IMG/VR virus record: IMGVR_UViG_3300046779_001269
Location: 64,001 to 128,000 of that record
Origin: a virus
Direction: 5' to 3' (one strand)
Length of the DNA: 64,000 nucleotides
Below the pieces are notes generated by a model that was not told the origin of the DNA, made no database searches, and worked only from the letters and a program-made list of their open reading frames with translations. The translations under genes and the position numbers were made by a program. This document shows, in pieces, positions 38,359 through 46,916 of this stretch (its first letter is position 1; the number at the start of each line of letters is the position of its first letter).

Positions 38359-41300
38359 TTAGAAACCTCCAAAGACTATGGCATAAGCAGCTGCACGACC
38401 ATAACCTGTATATGTGTTGGTGATAGTTATATTTGTTGTGTTTGTTGTTAGAGTTGGTGAGTCAATATCGACCCAATAACTTACAGTTCCATCATTTATA
38501 TATTCATAAAGAATGTCTGTTGATGTATCGTACCATTTATCACCAACTGTTGGACCAGAAGGTGCAGTTGTTGAAGCAGTATATAGATAGGCAGCAAATG
38601 TACCAGATGTGATTGAGTTGGCCTTTGCATACGCAGCTGATGCCATGTTGTTTGCAGCACCAGCGAAGGTATATGCACCATTTGCTTTGTCATAAGATGA
38701 CTGATTAAATTGTATTTGAGTATTTCCAAATACAAATGAACCTCTAGCTAATGTATCGGCAGAATTGGCCTGTGCATAACTACTTGTTGCCAAAATGTCG
38801 GCAGCATTTGCTCGTGAGAACGCAGAGAATGTTAATGTGTTTGCATCAACAGCCTGTGTGTATGCAGAATTGGCAACAGTATATGCTGAGTCTGCTAAAT
38901 TATTGGCAGCATTGGCCTGTGCATAACTTGAGTCTGCCAAGTTGTTTGCTGAGTTTGCCTGTATAAATGCCGCAGCAGCAGTAGTGCCAGTATTTGCGGC
39001 ATCAAATGCGGCCTGTGCCAAGTTGTTTGCTGCATTGGCCAAAGAGTAACCAGATGTTGCAAGAACATTGGCTGCATTGGCTTGTGTGAATGCTGCTGCG
39101 GCAGTAGTACCAGTGTTTGCGGCATCAAATGCAGCCTGTGCCAGATTATTGGCTGCGTTTGCTAATCCATAACCAGAAACAGAATAGTCACTGATAGCTG
39201 TTATGGTTGTGTTCTGTGCATCATTAACACTTTGTAGATGTATTGTTACATTGGCCTGATTGTATGCAGCCGATGCCATTCCATCAACAGCAGTGATTCT
39301 GTTATTTTGACTTACATTTACACCTTGAATCAGTGTAATAGAATCTGAGAATGTATTTGCTAGGTTGTAACCAGAAGATGCTAGGTTGTTTGCTGCATTA
39401 GCCTGATTGTAACTTGCATCTGCAAAGGTATGCATACCGGTAATATCGGTATTTTGTGCATCGTTGACACCCTGTAGGTATACCGTTACATTGGCCTGAT
39501 TGTATGCAGCAGTTAATAATTCAGTAGATGAATTTGATTTTGCATATGCCGATTCTGCATATGAACCTACTGCATTTGCTTTGTTATATGATGAGTGTGC
39601 GAAGTTATTGGCAGCATTTGCCTGACCATAACCAGAGGTTGCATATGAATCAACATCACTAATTCTGGTGTTTTGATAATTATTTACACCTTGAATTAAA
39701 ATTGTTGTAGAATTTGATGAATTGTATGATGCTGTTGCTAAATCATTTGCAGCATTTGCCTGACCATAACCAGCAGTTGCATATGCATCTACCGCTGTTA
39801 TTCTGGTATTTTGTTCGTCATTTGCACCTTGCAAGTATACTGTTACATTGGCCTGATTGTATGCAGCCTGTGCAGAAATAGTTGCCGCATTGGCCTGATT
39901 ATATGCAGCCTGTGCAGAAATTGTACCAGCATTTGCCTGTGCATAACCAGAAGTTGCCAGTGAATCTGCTGCATTAGCCTTAGTGAATGCTGCTGGCACT
40001 AATGTTGATAGAGAATCAACTATTGTTAATGTTGAGTTACCTTGTGCAAATGCACCTTTGGCCAATTCGTTGGTTGTATTTGCTAGTGAAGCACCAATTG
40101 GGTGAGTTAACTTCTCATATGGTGCCATTGCAGAGTAGTCTGCCCATGTGTGTGCAGTTTTCTCTGAGTGAATGATGTGACCTGGGTTACTTGCACCTTC
40201 ATACATGATCCATTCGTTGATGGATTCGTCCCACATAATGTATGTGTTTACCTCAGAACCACGATTGACAATGATACTGGCGTTTGTTGTGGGTGAACCA
40301 GTTACTTCACTGTTCAATACAATAGTATTACCACCAACCACCAATGTTGTTGTAGTAATCGACTGAGCATTAGAGATTGATAAGTTACCAGTAATGGTAA
40401 CATTTGATGAGAATATTGCATCACCAACCACATGCAAGTTTGCTTGTGGTGTATTGGTATTAATACCTAATCTTCTATTTACATGGTCCCAGAAAAAGTT
40501 ATTTGGATCCTCATGTATTGTTTCATCATATGCGAACAATACGGAACCAGCCGTCTTATTAACACCTTCTCGGAAAGTAATGTCGACCAAAATAGAACCA
40601 TTGACTGCATCAACTTTTGCAATAACACCAAGTCTAACTGCATTGTTTGGTGCGGCCGGTGGTGTTCCTTGCCATGAACCTGTTGCACCAGTCGAAAGGT
40701 AAACCTCATCGCCCTCTGTGTAGGTTGATGTGTTTAGACCATTAACTTTACCTTGCTGTGTCACATAACCGTAACCACCATTTGGTATTGTTGTGGTTGT
40801 AATACCTATGATTTCTGAACCTTCGTATGTCGATGCATCACCCAAGGCAATACTTGGGAAACCATTTGCTGAAGATGCACCAGAAACATATACAGCTTTA
40901 CCGTCTGTGATAGTTGAACCAGTATTATTCCATACACGAACAACTGCTTCTTGCAACAGTTGACCTGTCATATCAGAATCGTTGTAGTATGCTAATGCCT
41001 TTTGGTCATTATCATAGAAGATGCGACCTTCTTTGTTTGAAGGTTTGGTTGCAAAAGTATTAAAATCTAGGTATGTACCAACAGATACATTGGCTGCCAC
41101 ATTGGCAAAACCAGTGATGAAACCACCAGCAGTTGCAAACTTGGTGTTTGCGTGTGCATAAGATGCATCTGCCAAGTTGTTTGCAGCATTTGCCTGTGCA
41201 TAACCAGAAACAGCATAAGAACTTACTGCATTGGTTGTTGTGTATCCAGCAGTTGCATAAGAATCAACATCACCAATTCTGGTGTTTTGATAACTGTTTA

Positions 41301-43158
41301 CACCTTGAATTAAAATTACGGCCGCATTGGTGGTATTGTAACTTGATGTTGCATAAGAATCAACAGCATTTGCTTTTGTGTATGCGGAAGTTGCATATGC
41401 ATCTACTGCTGCAATGGTTGTATTTTGATATACATCTACACCCTGTATCAGAGTGATTAGTTCTAAGTTTGTATTTGAATGGTCATAAGATGACTGTGCC
41501 AAATCATTGGCAGCATTAGCCTGTACATAACTAGATGCAGCTAATCCGTTGGCAGCGTTTGCTCTTGCATACCCAGATGTTGCCAAATTATTGGCCGCAT
41601 TGGCTCTTCCAAATGCACCTTGTGCATATGTATTTTGTCCTGTTGCAACGCCTTGTAAATAGACAGTTACATTTGCCTGGTCATATGATGCTTGTATAAC
41701 ATCAATATGTGTATTCGCAAAATCGTAGGCAGCTTGTGCTGATTCTGTTGCAGCATTAGCCTGTGTGTGTGCTGCTGGTGCCACATTGGCTGCGTTGAAC
41801 GCTGCTGCAGCATACACTGATGCTTGGTTGGCACGACCATATGCACCTGCCGCAAAACTGTTTACTGCGGATATTGTGGTATTCTGTGCATTATTAACCA
41901 ATTCAGCATGAACGGCAAAATCATATCCTGTATTTGCCTTATTGTATGCATTTTGTGCTGAATCTGTTGCAGCATTCGCTTGTGCAAATGCAGCCTCGTA
42001 AGATACTGTTGCACCACCCAAGTAATTATTTTGGTAATCATTTACTTGTTGTAGATATAATGTAACATTGGCCTGTGCAAATGCTGCTTGAGCATAAGTG
42101 TTAACTGCGTTTGCTCTGGAGAAAGCAGCGACACTGTATGTGTTGACCACATTGGCCTTGTTGAATGCTTCTTGAGCTGAGTTTGTTGCTGCGTTGGCTT
42201 GTGTGAAGGTTGCAGTATCAGTAAATGTGATTGCCTTCGGTGCATTAGGTTCTGTGGTGATTTGTATACCACCACCTGTCTTGAACTTAATTGTGTCTAG
42301 ACCCTGTGCAACAATCGTTGTTTGACCATCAACTTCCCAGTACTTGAATGTGGAATTGATAGAAACTTTTGCGATACCATCACCAATGGATGTTACATCG
42401 AAACCAGAGTCTGTATCAAATCTTAGTGTGTGTACATCTAGTACTGTTGATATTACTGTATTGGTACCATCAACAGTACCGACCGTCATGGCTGCATTTG
42501 CCTTAGCATATGCAGCTCTCGCTAATGTATTGGCTGCGTTTGCCTGTATGTAACTTGATACTGCAAGTGTGTTGGCCGCATTAGCTTGTACAAAGGACGC
42601 AGCAGCAGATGTTCCTGCATTTGCCGTATTGTATGCGGCTTGTGCCAAATTATTGGCTGCATTTGCCTGACCATAACCAGCAGTTGCATATGAATCTACC
42701 GCTGAAATGGTTGTATTTTGATAAGTATTAACACCCTGTATTAAGGTGATTGCAGCATTAGAAGTTTGATATGCCGATGTGGCCAAAGAATCAGCAGCAT
42801 TTGCTTTTGTAAAACCAGAAACTGCATATTCATTTGTTAAGTTGGCTTGATTATATCCTGCTCTAGCCAATGTATTGGCTGAGTTTGCCTGAGTGAACGA
42901 GGCATTTGTCCATGCCCATGGTGCTGATGCAGTTGTTTGTTCTGTTGCATCATTGGTGAAGGTAATTTTTGGAAAGTAACCAGCTGTTGATGACTGTGTG
43001 GCAATTAAATTGACATTGTTTGAACCGTCCTTATAGAACAGTTTTCCGTCCATCATGTTGATGGCCAACTCACCCGAGATTAGACTGGCAGATGTTGGAG
43101 CACTGCCGGGTGTATTTGAATGGTATAACTGAATCGGGGTTGAATTGGCTTGTGCCAT
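38359..43158 (-). CDS. Very long Ala/Asn coiled-coil fibre/stalk protein (cassette 1)
   Basis: N-term IQL.HS.T...P....L..GELAIN..DGKLFYK (Mtd_N/hyaluronidase-N-like); dozens of 14-aa repeats; central globular domains; AP..P.VGDKWYD...LYEY..DG....WV domain; C-term AYAIVFGGF. Confidence 0.8.
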   Translation of the reverse strand: MAQANSTPIQLYHSNTPGSAPTSASLISGELAINMMDGKLFYKDGSNNVNLIATQSSTAGYFPKITFTNDATEQTTASAPWAWTNASFTQANSANTLARAGYNQANLTNEYAVSGFTKANAADSLATSAYQTSNAAITLIQGVNTYQNTTISAVDSYATAGYGQANAANNLAQAAYNTANAGTSAAASFVQANAANTLAVSSYIQANAANTLARAAYAKANAAMTVGTVDGTNTVISTVLDVHTLRFDTDSGFDVTSIGDGIAKVSINSTFKYWEVDGQTTIVAQGLDTIKFKTGGGIQITTEPNAPKAITFTDTATFTQANAATNSAQEAFNKANVVNTYSVAAFSRANAVNTYAQAAFAQANVTLYLQQVNDYQNNYLGGATVSYEAAFAQANAATDSAQNAYNKANTGYDFAVHAELVNNAQNTTISAVNSFAAGAYGRANQASVYAAAAFNAANVAPAAHTQANAATESAQAAYDFANTHIDVIQASYDQANVTVYLQGVATGQNTYAQGAFGRANAANNLATSGYARANAANGLAASSYVQANAANDLAQSSYDHSNTNLELITLIQGVDVYQNTTIAAVDAYATSAYTKANAVDSYATSSYNTTNAAVILIQGVNSYQNTRIGDVDSYATAGYTTTNAVSSYAVSGYAQANAANNLADASYAHANTKFATAGGFITGFANVAANVSVGTYLDFNTFATKPSNKEGRIFYDNDQKALAYYNDSDMTGQLLQEAVVRVWNNTGSTITDGKAVYVSGASSANGFPSIALGDASTYEGSEIIGITTTTIPNGGYGYVTQQGKVNGLNTSTYTEGDEVYLSTGATGSWQGTPPAAPNNAVRLGVIAKVDAVNGSILVDITFREGVNKTAGSVLFAYDETIHEDPNNFFWDHVNRRLGINTNTPQANLHVVGDAIFSSNVTITGNLSISNAQSITTTTLVVGGNTIVLNSEVTGSPTTNASIIVNRGSEVNTYIMWDESINEWIMYEGASNPGHIIHSEKTAHTWADYSAMAPYEKLTHPIGASLANTTNELAKGAFAQGNSTLTIVDSLSTLVPAAFTKANAADSLATSGYAQANAGTISAQAAYNQANAATISAQAAYNQANVTVYLQGANDEQNTRITAVDAYATAGYGQANAANDLATASYNSSNSTTILIQGVNNYQNTRISDVDSYATSGYGQANAANNFAHSSYNKANAVGSYAESAYAKSNSSTELLTAAYNQANVTVYLQGVNDAQNTDITGMHTFADASYNQANAANNLASSGYNLANTFSDSITLIQGVNVSQNNRITAVDGMASAAYNQANVTIHLQSVNDAQNTTITAISDYSVSGYGLANAANNLAQAAFDAANTGTTAAAAFTQANAANVLATSGYSLANAANNLAQAAFDAANTGTTAAAAFIQANSANNLADSSYAQANAANNLADSAYTVANSAYTQAVDANTLTFSAFSRANAADILATSSYAQANSADTLARGSFVFGNTQIQFNQSSYDKANGAYTFAGAANNMASAAYAKANSITSGTFAAYLYTASTTAPSGPTVGDKWYDTSTDILYEYINDGTVSYWVDIDSPTLTTNTTNITITNTYTGYGRAAAYAIVFGGF

Positions 43159-43188
43159 TGTTACCTTACCTAAAAATTATTACTTTTA

Positions 43189-43196
43189 TATTTAGT
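43189..43196 (-). promoter_or_regulatory. Late promoter variant (ACTAAATA) heading cassette 1
   Basis: TAAATA core in a 44-nt intergenic gap. Confidence 0.55.
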
Positions 43197-43202
43197 GTGG
43201 CA

Positions 43203-45890
43203 TCAGAAAGTGCCACCTGATATTAGACCAGCCACTAATGTTCCTCCGATTGTGGAATTACCAGAAGCGTTTACATTACCAGAAATACCGACACCGCCTG
43301 TTACTACGATTGTACCTGTTGTGGAGTTGGTGGATTCTACTGCTGCGTTTGCGGTGATTGTATTTGATGCAACAATATTAAATGCACCATTGCCTGATCC
43401 ACCTTCTGCTGTGGTGACTGCGAAACCACCAGTATTTGAAATACTCATCACTGTTCCGGTGTCACCGGTTAGTGAAATGCCACCCTCTTGTGCAGAAATA
43501 GATGCACCACCAAGGTCAATAGTATTACCAGCAATGTATAGTTTTCTCCATCTTCTAGTCGGAGAACCTAAATCATATGATACGTTGGCCGCAGGTAACA
43601 AGTGAGTTGTGAATACATTACCTGTTGGACTACCAAGTACAGTTTCTGCCTGAACGGTAAGTTTACCGGTCATGGTATCACCAGACTTCAGTACAGATGC
43701 ATATGCTCTTGTGTTCGCTGTGTTGGCCTGTGCATAACCAGAAGTTGCTAGTGTGTCAGCTGCATTGGCCTTATTGTAACCAGTCTGAGCAAAGTTATCA
43801 ATAGATTGTTGTGCTGATGACAGAGCAGAAAGTGTTGTGTTTTGACTCAAATTCACATTGGTCAAATATGTTATGGTAGTTCCATAAGCATAAGCAGTAT
43901 TTGCCACACCATATGATGAAGTTGCAAGTTCATTGGCCGCATTGGCTTGTGCATATGCGGAATTGGCGAATGTACTTACCTTGCCTAGATTGGTTGATGT
44001 TGTTGCATCATTCAATATTGCAGCATTAGCCTGGTTGTATGCAGCTTGTGCTGACACAGTTGCGGCATTCGCCTGATTATATGCAGATACGATTGCACCA
44101 CCACCTGCTGCGTTAGCGGTATTGTATGCAGCCTGTGCTAAACTGTTTGTTGCATTTGCCTGAGCATAAGAAGAAAATGCGAATGTGTTGACCGCATTTA
44201 CTCTGGCATAACTAGACACCGCCAAGTTATTGGCTGCGTTTGCTTGTGTGTAACCACTGGTTGCCAAAGAATCTGCAGCATTAGCCTTGGCAAACCCTGT
44301 TGTTGCCAGATTATTGGCTGCATTTGCCTGTAAGAAAGATGCATTGGTTGTTACATAGGCAGAAGTTACTAATGTGTCCGCAGCATTAGCCTTGGCAAAC
44401 CCTGTTGTTGCCAAATCATTTGCAGCATTTGCTTGTGTGTATGACGATGTTGCCAGTGTGTCAGCAGCATTTGCTTTAGTGTATGCGGATGTTGCTGAGT
44501 TAGTACCAGCATTGGCCTGTGCATATGCCGAAGTGGCCAAATTGTTTGCAGCATTAGCAACGACAGAACCAGAACTTGAAATTGCTAGAACGTTTTGACC
44601 AGCAACTGTCGCTGAAGATACAGTAATTGAACTACCAATCAGATTGCCTTTAAAATTACCTGCATATAAGTTTGCATAACTTAATGATGGGTGAGCAATG
44701 TTGATTAAGTTATTTGATTGTATTGATGGTGCATAACCTTGGAATACAATAAACTCTTTCGATACTGGGTCACGAATGATACCGGTGTGTGCATTTGCCA
44801 ACAACACCGAGTCTCTATACTTACCAACAAAACCAATGTCGACCTGGTCACTCAATACATTGTTGTTTGCCAACACAATCATCGGGTCGGCAATGTTAAC
44901 TGAAAATGTGTCTAGTGTTACAGTATTACCTAATACAAATAGGTCACCCGTTACAGAAATATTCTTAGCAAATGTAACATTGCCTGCAATAGTACCACCA
45001 TTGTTAATCAGGTTGTTTGCAATATTTGCGGTGTCGTATGCTGATTCTGAATATGAACCTACTGCATTTGCAAGGTCATATGCTGCTTGTGCCGAAGATG
45101 TACCTGCATTGGCTTGTGTATACCCTGATGCCGCCAATGTATTTGTGGCATTAGCCTGATTATATGCAGCTTGTGCAGAAGATGTTGCTGCGTTGGCCTG
45201 TGTGTAACCACTTTGTGCCAGTTGGTTTGCAGCGTTTGCTCTAGTGAATCCAGATACTGCCAAGTTATTGGCTGCGTTTGCTTGACCGTATGCGGATGTT
45301 GCATAAGTTTCAATTGATGTTACTCTTGTATTCTGGAATACATTAACACCTTGTATTAAAACTGTATTAGCTGCCGCAGTATTGGCTGTGTTGTAAGCTG
45401 CCTGTGCAGAGGATGTACCTGCATTGGCCTGAGCATAAGCACTTGTGGTTAGTGTGTCAGCAGAATTTGACTTGTTATATGCCGCTTGTGCTGAGTTGGT
45501 TGCTGCGTTTGCCTGGTCATAAGCAGAGTTTGCCTTAGTAAATGCAGGTTGTATTTGTGGAAATACATTGTTGGCCGCATTGTAGGCCGCTTGTGCTGAG
45601 TTGGTTGCTGCGTTGGCTTGTGCAAATGCTGCGTTGGCAACTTCACTGACACCAACACCAGAACTTCCGTACGCCAAGTTGGCAACACTAAATGCTGCCT
45701 GAGCAAGTGTGATAGTATTGTTTAGACTATCTACAACACTTTTACCACCAATAAGGTGAATACTAGTGTTTGAACCAATGTATAGGTTATTGGAAACAAA
45801 AGAATAAGCTAACTGTCCATCTTGTAGTGATGATGGTGTTGAATTGGCATATGACCTTAATATCTTAATTGTTGTTGTGTTTGATGACAT
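43203..45890 (-). CDS. Ala/Asn coiled-coil fibre protein
   Basis: N-term IKILRS....P.SL.DGQLAYS.....LYIG (Mtd_N-like); 14-aa repeats; C-term beta-strand repeats ending ISGGTF. Confidence 0.8.
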   Translation of the reverse strand: MSSNTTTIKILRSYANSTPSSLQDGQLAYSFVSNNLYIGSNTSIHLIGGKSVVDSLNNTITLAQAAFSVANLAYGSSGVGVSEVANAAFAQANAATNSAQAAYNAANNVFPQIQPAFTKANSAYDQANAATNSAQAAYNKSNSADTLTTSAYAQANAGTSSAQAAYNTANTAAANTVLIQGVNVFQNTRVTSIETYATSAYGQANAANNLAVSGFTRANAANQLAQSGYTQANAATSSAQAAYNQANATNTLAASGYTQANAGTSSAQAAYDLANAVGSYSESAYDTANIANNLINNGGTIAGNVTFAKNISVTGDLFVLGNTVTLDTFSVNIADPMIVLANNNVLSDQVDIGFVGKYRDSVLLANAHTGIIRDPVSKEFIVFQGYAPSIQSNNLINIAHPSLSYANLYAGNFKGNLIGSSITVSSATVAGQNVLAISSSGSVVANAANNLATSAYAQANAGTNSATSAYTKANAADTLATSSYTQANAANDLATTGFAKANAADTLVTSAYVTTNASFLQANAANNLATTGFAKANAADSLATSGYTQANAANNLAVSSYARVNAVNTFAFSSYAQANATNSLAQAAYNTANAAGGGAIVSAYNQANAATVSAQAAYNQANAAILNDATTSTNLGKVSTFANSAYAQANAANELATSSYGVANTAYAYGTTITYLTNVNLSQNTTLSALSSAQQSIDNFAQTGYNKANAADTLATSGYAQANTANTRAYASVLKSGDTMTGKLTVQAETVLGSPTGNVFTTHLLPAANVSYDLGSPTRRWRKLYIAGNTIDLGGASISAQEGGISLTGDTGTVMSISNTGGFAVTTAEGGSGNGAFNIVASNTITANAAVESTNSTTGTIVVTGGVGISGNVNASGNSTIGGTLVAGLISGGTF
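44245..44321. repeat. 77-bp exact direct repeat, copy 2 (copy 1 at 15215-15291)
   Basis: Identical to copy 1; a partial third copy lies at about 44380-44413. Confidence 0.85.
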
Positions 45891-46111
45891 TAAAATGATC
45901 CATTGTCCAATGTAGATATTACAGTATTAGCCGATTGCACAGCAAAGTCATTTGTGCTTGCACGATAAACAATTACACCACCGTCAGTCGCTGCAGCCAA
46001 ACTTAAATCGGATGCACTCTTTAGTGTTCTAGAGCCGTATTGTAGTGTGGTAACTTTTGGATTAGTTTGGCCAATCGTTACTCTTACGGTTGATGGAGGA
46101 GTTGTTGCCAT
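45890..46111 (-). CDS. Small linker-like virion protein ending LDNGSF
   Basis: 73 aa, start/stop overlaps on both sides; L....D.......DG.V.VY motif. Confidence 0.7.
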   Translation of the reverse strand: MATTPPSTVRVTIGQTNPKVTTLQYGSRTLKSASDLSLAAATDGGVIVYRASTNDFAVQSANTVISTLDNGSF

Positions 46112-46464
46112 TAGAACCTCGTTGTATTGGGTATAACATCAACAACACCTTCTAAGATTTTAATAACAGAATTTGCTTGACCTGGAGCACCTTCAAAAGA
46201 AATAAATGTATCATAAACATAACGACCTGGTGCAATATTTGCAGTAACCTGTGATGACAAGCCCAATGAAATTGTTCCTGTTGTGGTGTCTATTGATGTT
46301 GTGAACTCTGCGGTAGCGTTTGCAGAATAGTGTGACTTACGAATCTGACTTTTGGCAGTAGAGTTTGTTAAATCATATGCTTCACCATAGGCATCATCTA
46401 GTGTTACCGTAATGTCAAAGGTTGCACCTTTTTCTATGAATAAATTTTGATATCCTGCTGCCAT
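46111..46464 (-). CDS. Conserved small virion structural protein (BppU N-terminal-like Ig fold)
   Basis: NL.IE.GATF......DLT..TA.SQIRK.......F.......GTI.L.L...T......GRYVYD......ILEG.V.V.P..TR. Confidence 0.72.
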   Translation of the reverse strand: MAAGYQNLFIEKGATFDITVTLDDAYGEAYDLTNSTAKSQIRKSHYSANATAEFTTSIDTTTGTISLGLSSQVTANIAPGRYVYDTFISFEGAPGQANSVIKILEGVVDVIPNTTRF

Positions 46465-46487
46465 TTTTTATCTTTATATTATTGTAT

Positions 46488-46495
46488 TATTTATA
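46488..46495 (-). promoter_or_regulatory. T4 late promoter TATAAATA
   Basis: Exact consensus upstream of the 117-aa gene. Confidence 0.8.
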
Positions 46496-46516
46496 AGACA
46501 TACCAAAAATAAAATG

Positions 46517-46906
46517 TTATGTTGGCTCTTTTGGCCACGTGACAGTATTTGGATATCCTTCTTGCTTAGTAATATCTCTTAGAGCTTGGCGATATACAGA
46601 CCACTTTTGTTTTGTTTCTTCTGGAACATCCGGTAACTGTGTCCAATCTGTATTATTTAATAGTGTGTCTCTTTTGATTTTTATATGGAATGATAATTGT
46701 TCTGTTGTTGGAGGAGTATAATCTTGAATTCTTCCAAATTCTCCCGCAACACACAATTCAAAAACCTTGCGGCCATGTTCCTCAACATCATTTTTGTTGG
46801 CTGTGAAAGGTATTTCTTCGTTCATTTCTTCAAATCGAACGACAAGGTCAATCAATGTTTTTTCTTTGTTCACCCACTTTGGATTTTTTGCGGATAGTAA
46901 TTTCAT
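46517..46906 (-). CDS. Tail fibre assembly chaperone (Tfa-like)
   Basis: PFTA...D.E.HGR..F.....GEFG.I..Y, RDTLL..TDWTQLPDVP, W..YRQALRDIT.Q.GYP..V.WP..P. Confidence 0.9.
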   Translation of the reverse strand: MKLLSAKNPKWVNKEKTLIDLVVRFEEMNEEIPFTANKNDVEEHGRKVFELCVAGEFGRIQDYTPPTTEQLSFHIKIKRDTLLNNTDWTQLPDVPEETKQKWSVYRQALRDITKQEGYPNTVTWPKEPT

Positions 46907-46916
46907 GTTTTTCCTT

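Noticed and set aside
33900-45720. CRISPR-like array suggested by the 42-bp periodicity
   Set aside because: The repeats are in-frame, degenerate at third positions and lack unique spacers
38359-45890. Antifreeze or ice-binding role for the Ala-rich repeats
   Set aside because: The period is 14/7 (coiled coil), not the 11-residue Thr spacing of type I antifreeze proteins, and the context is fibre genes
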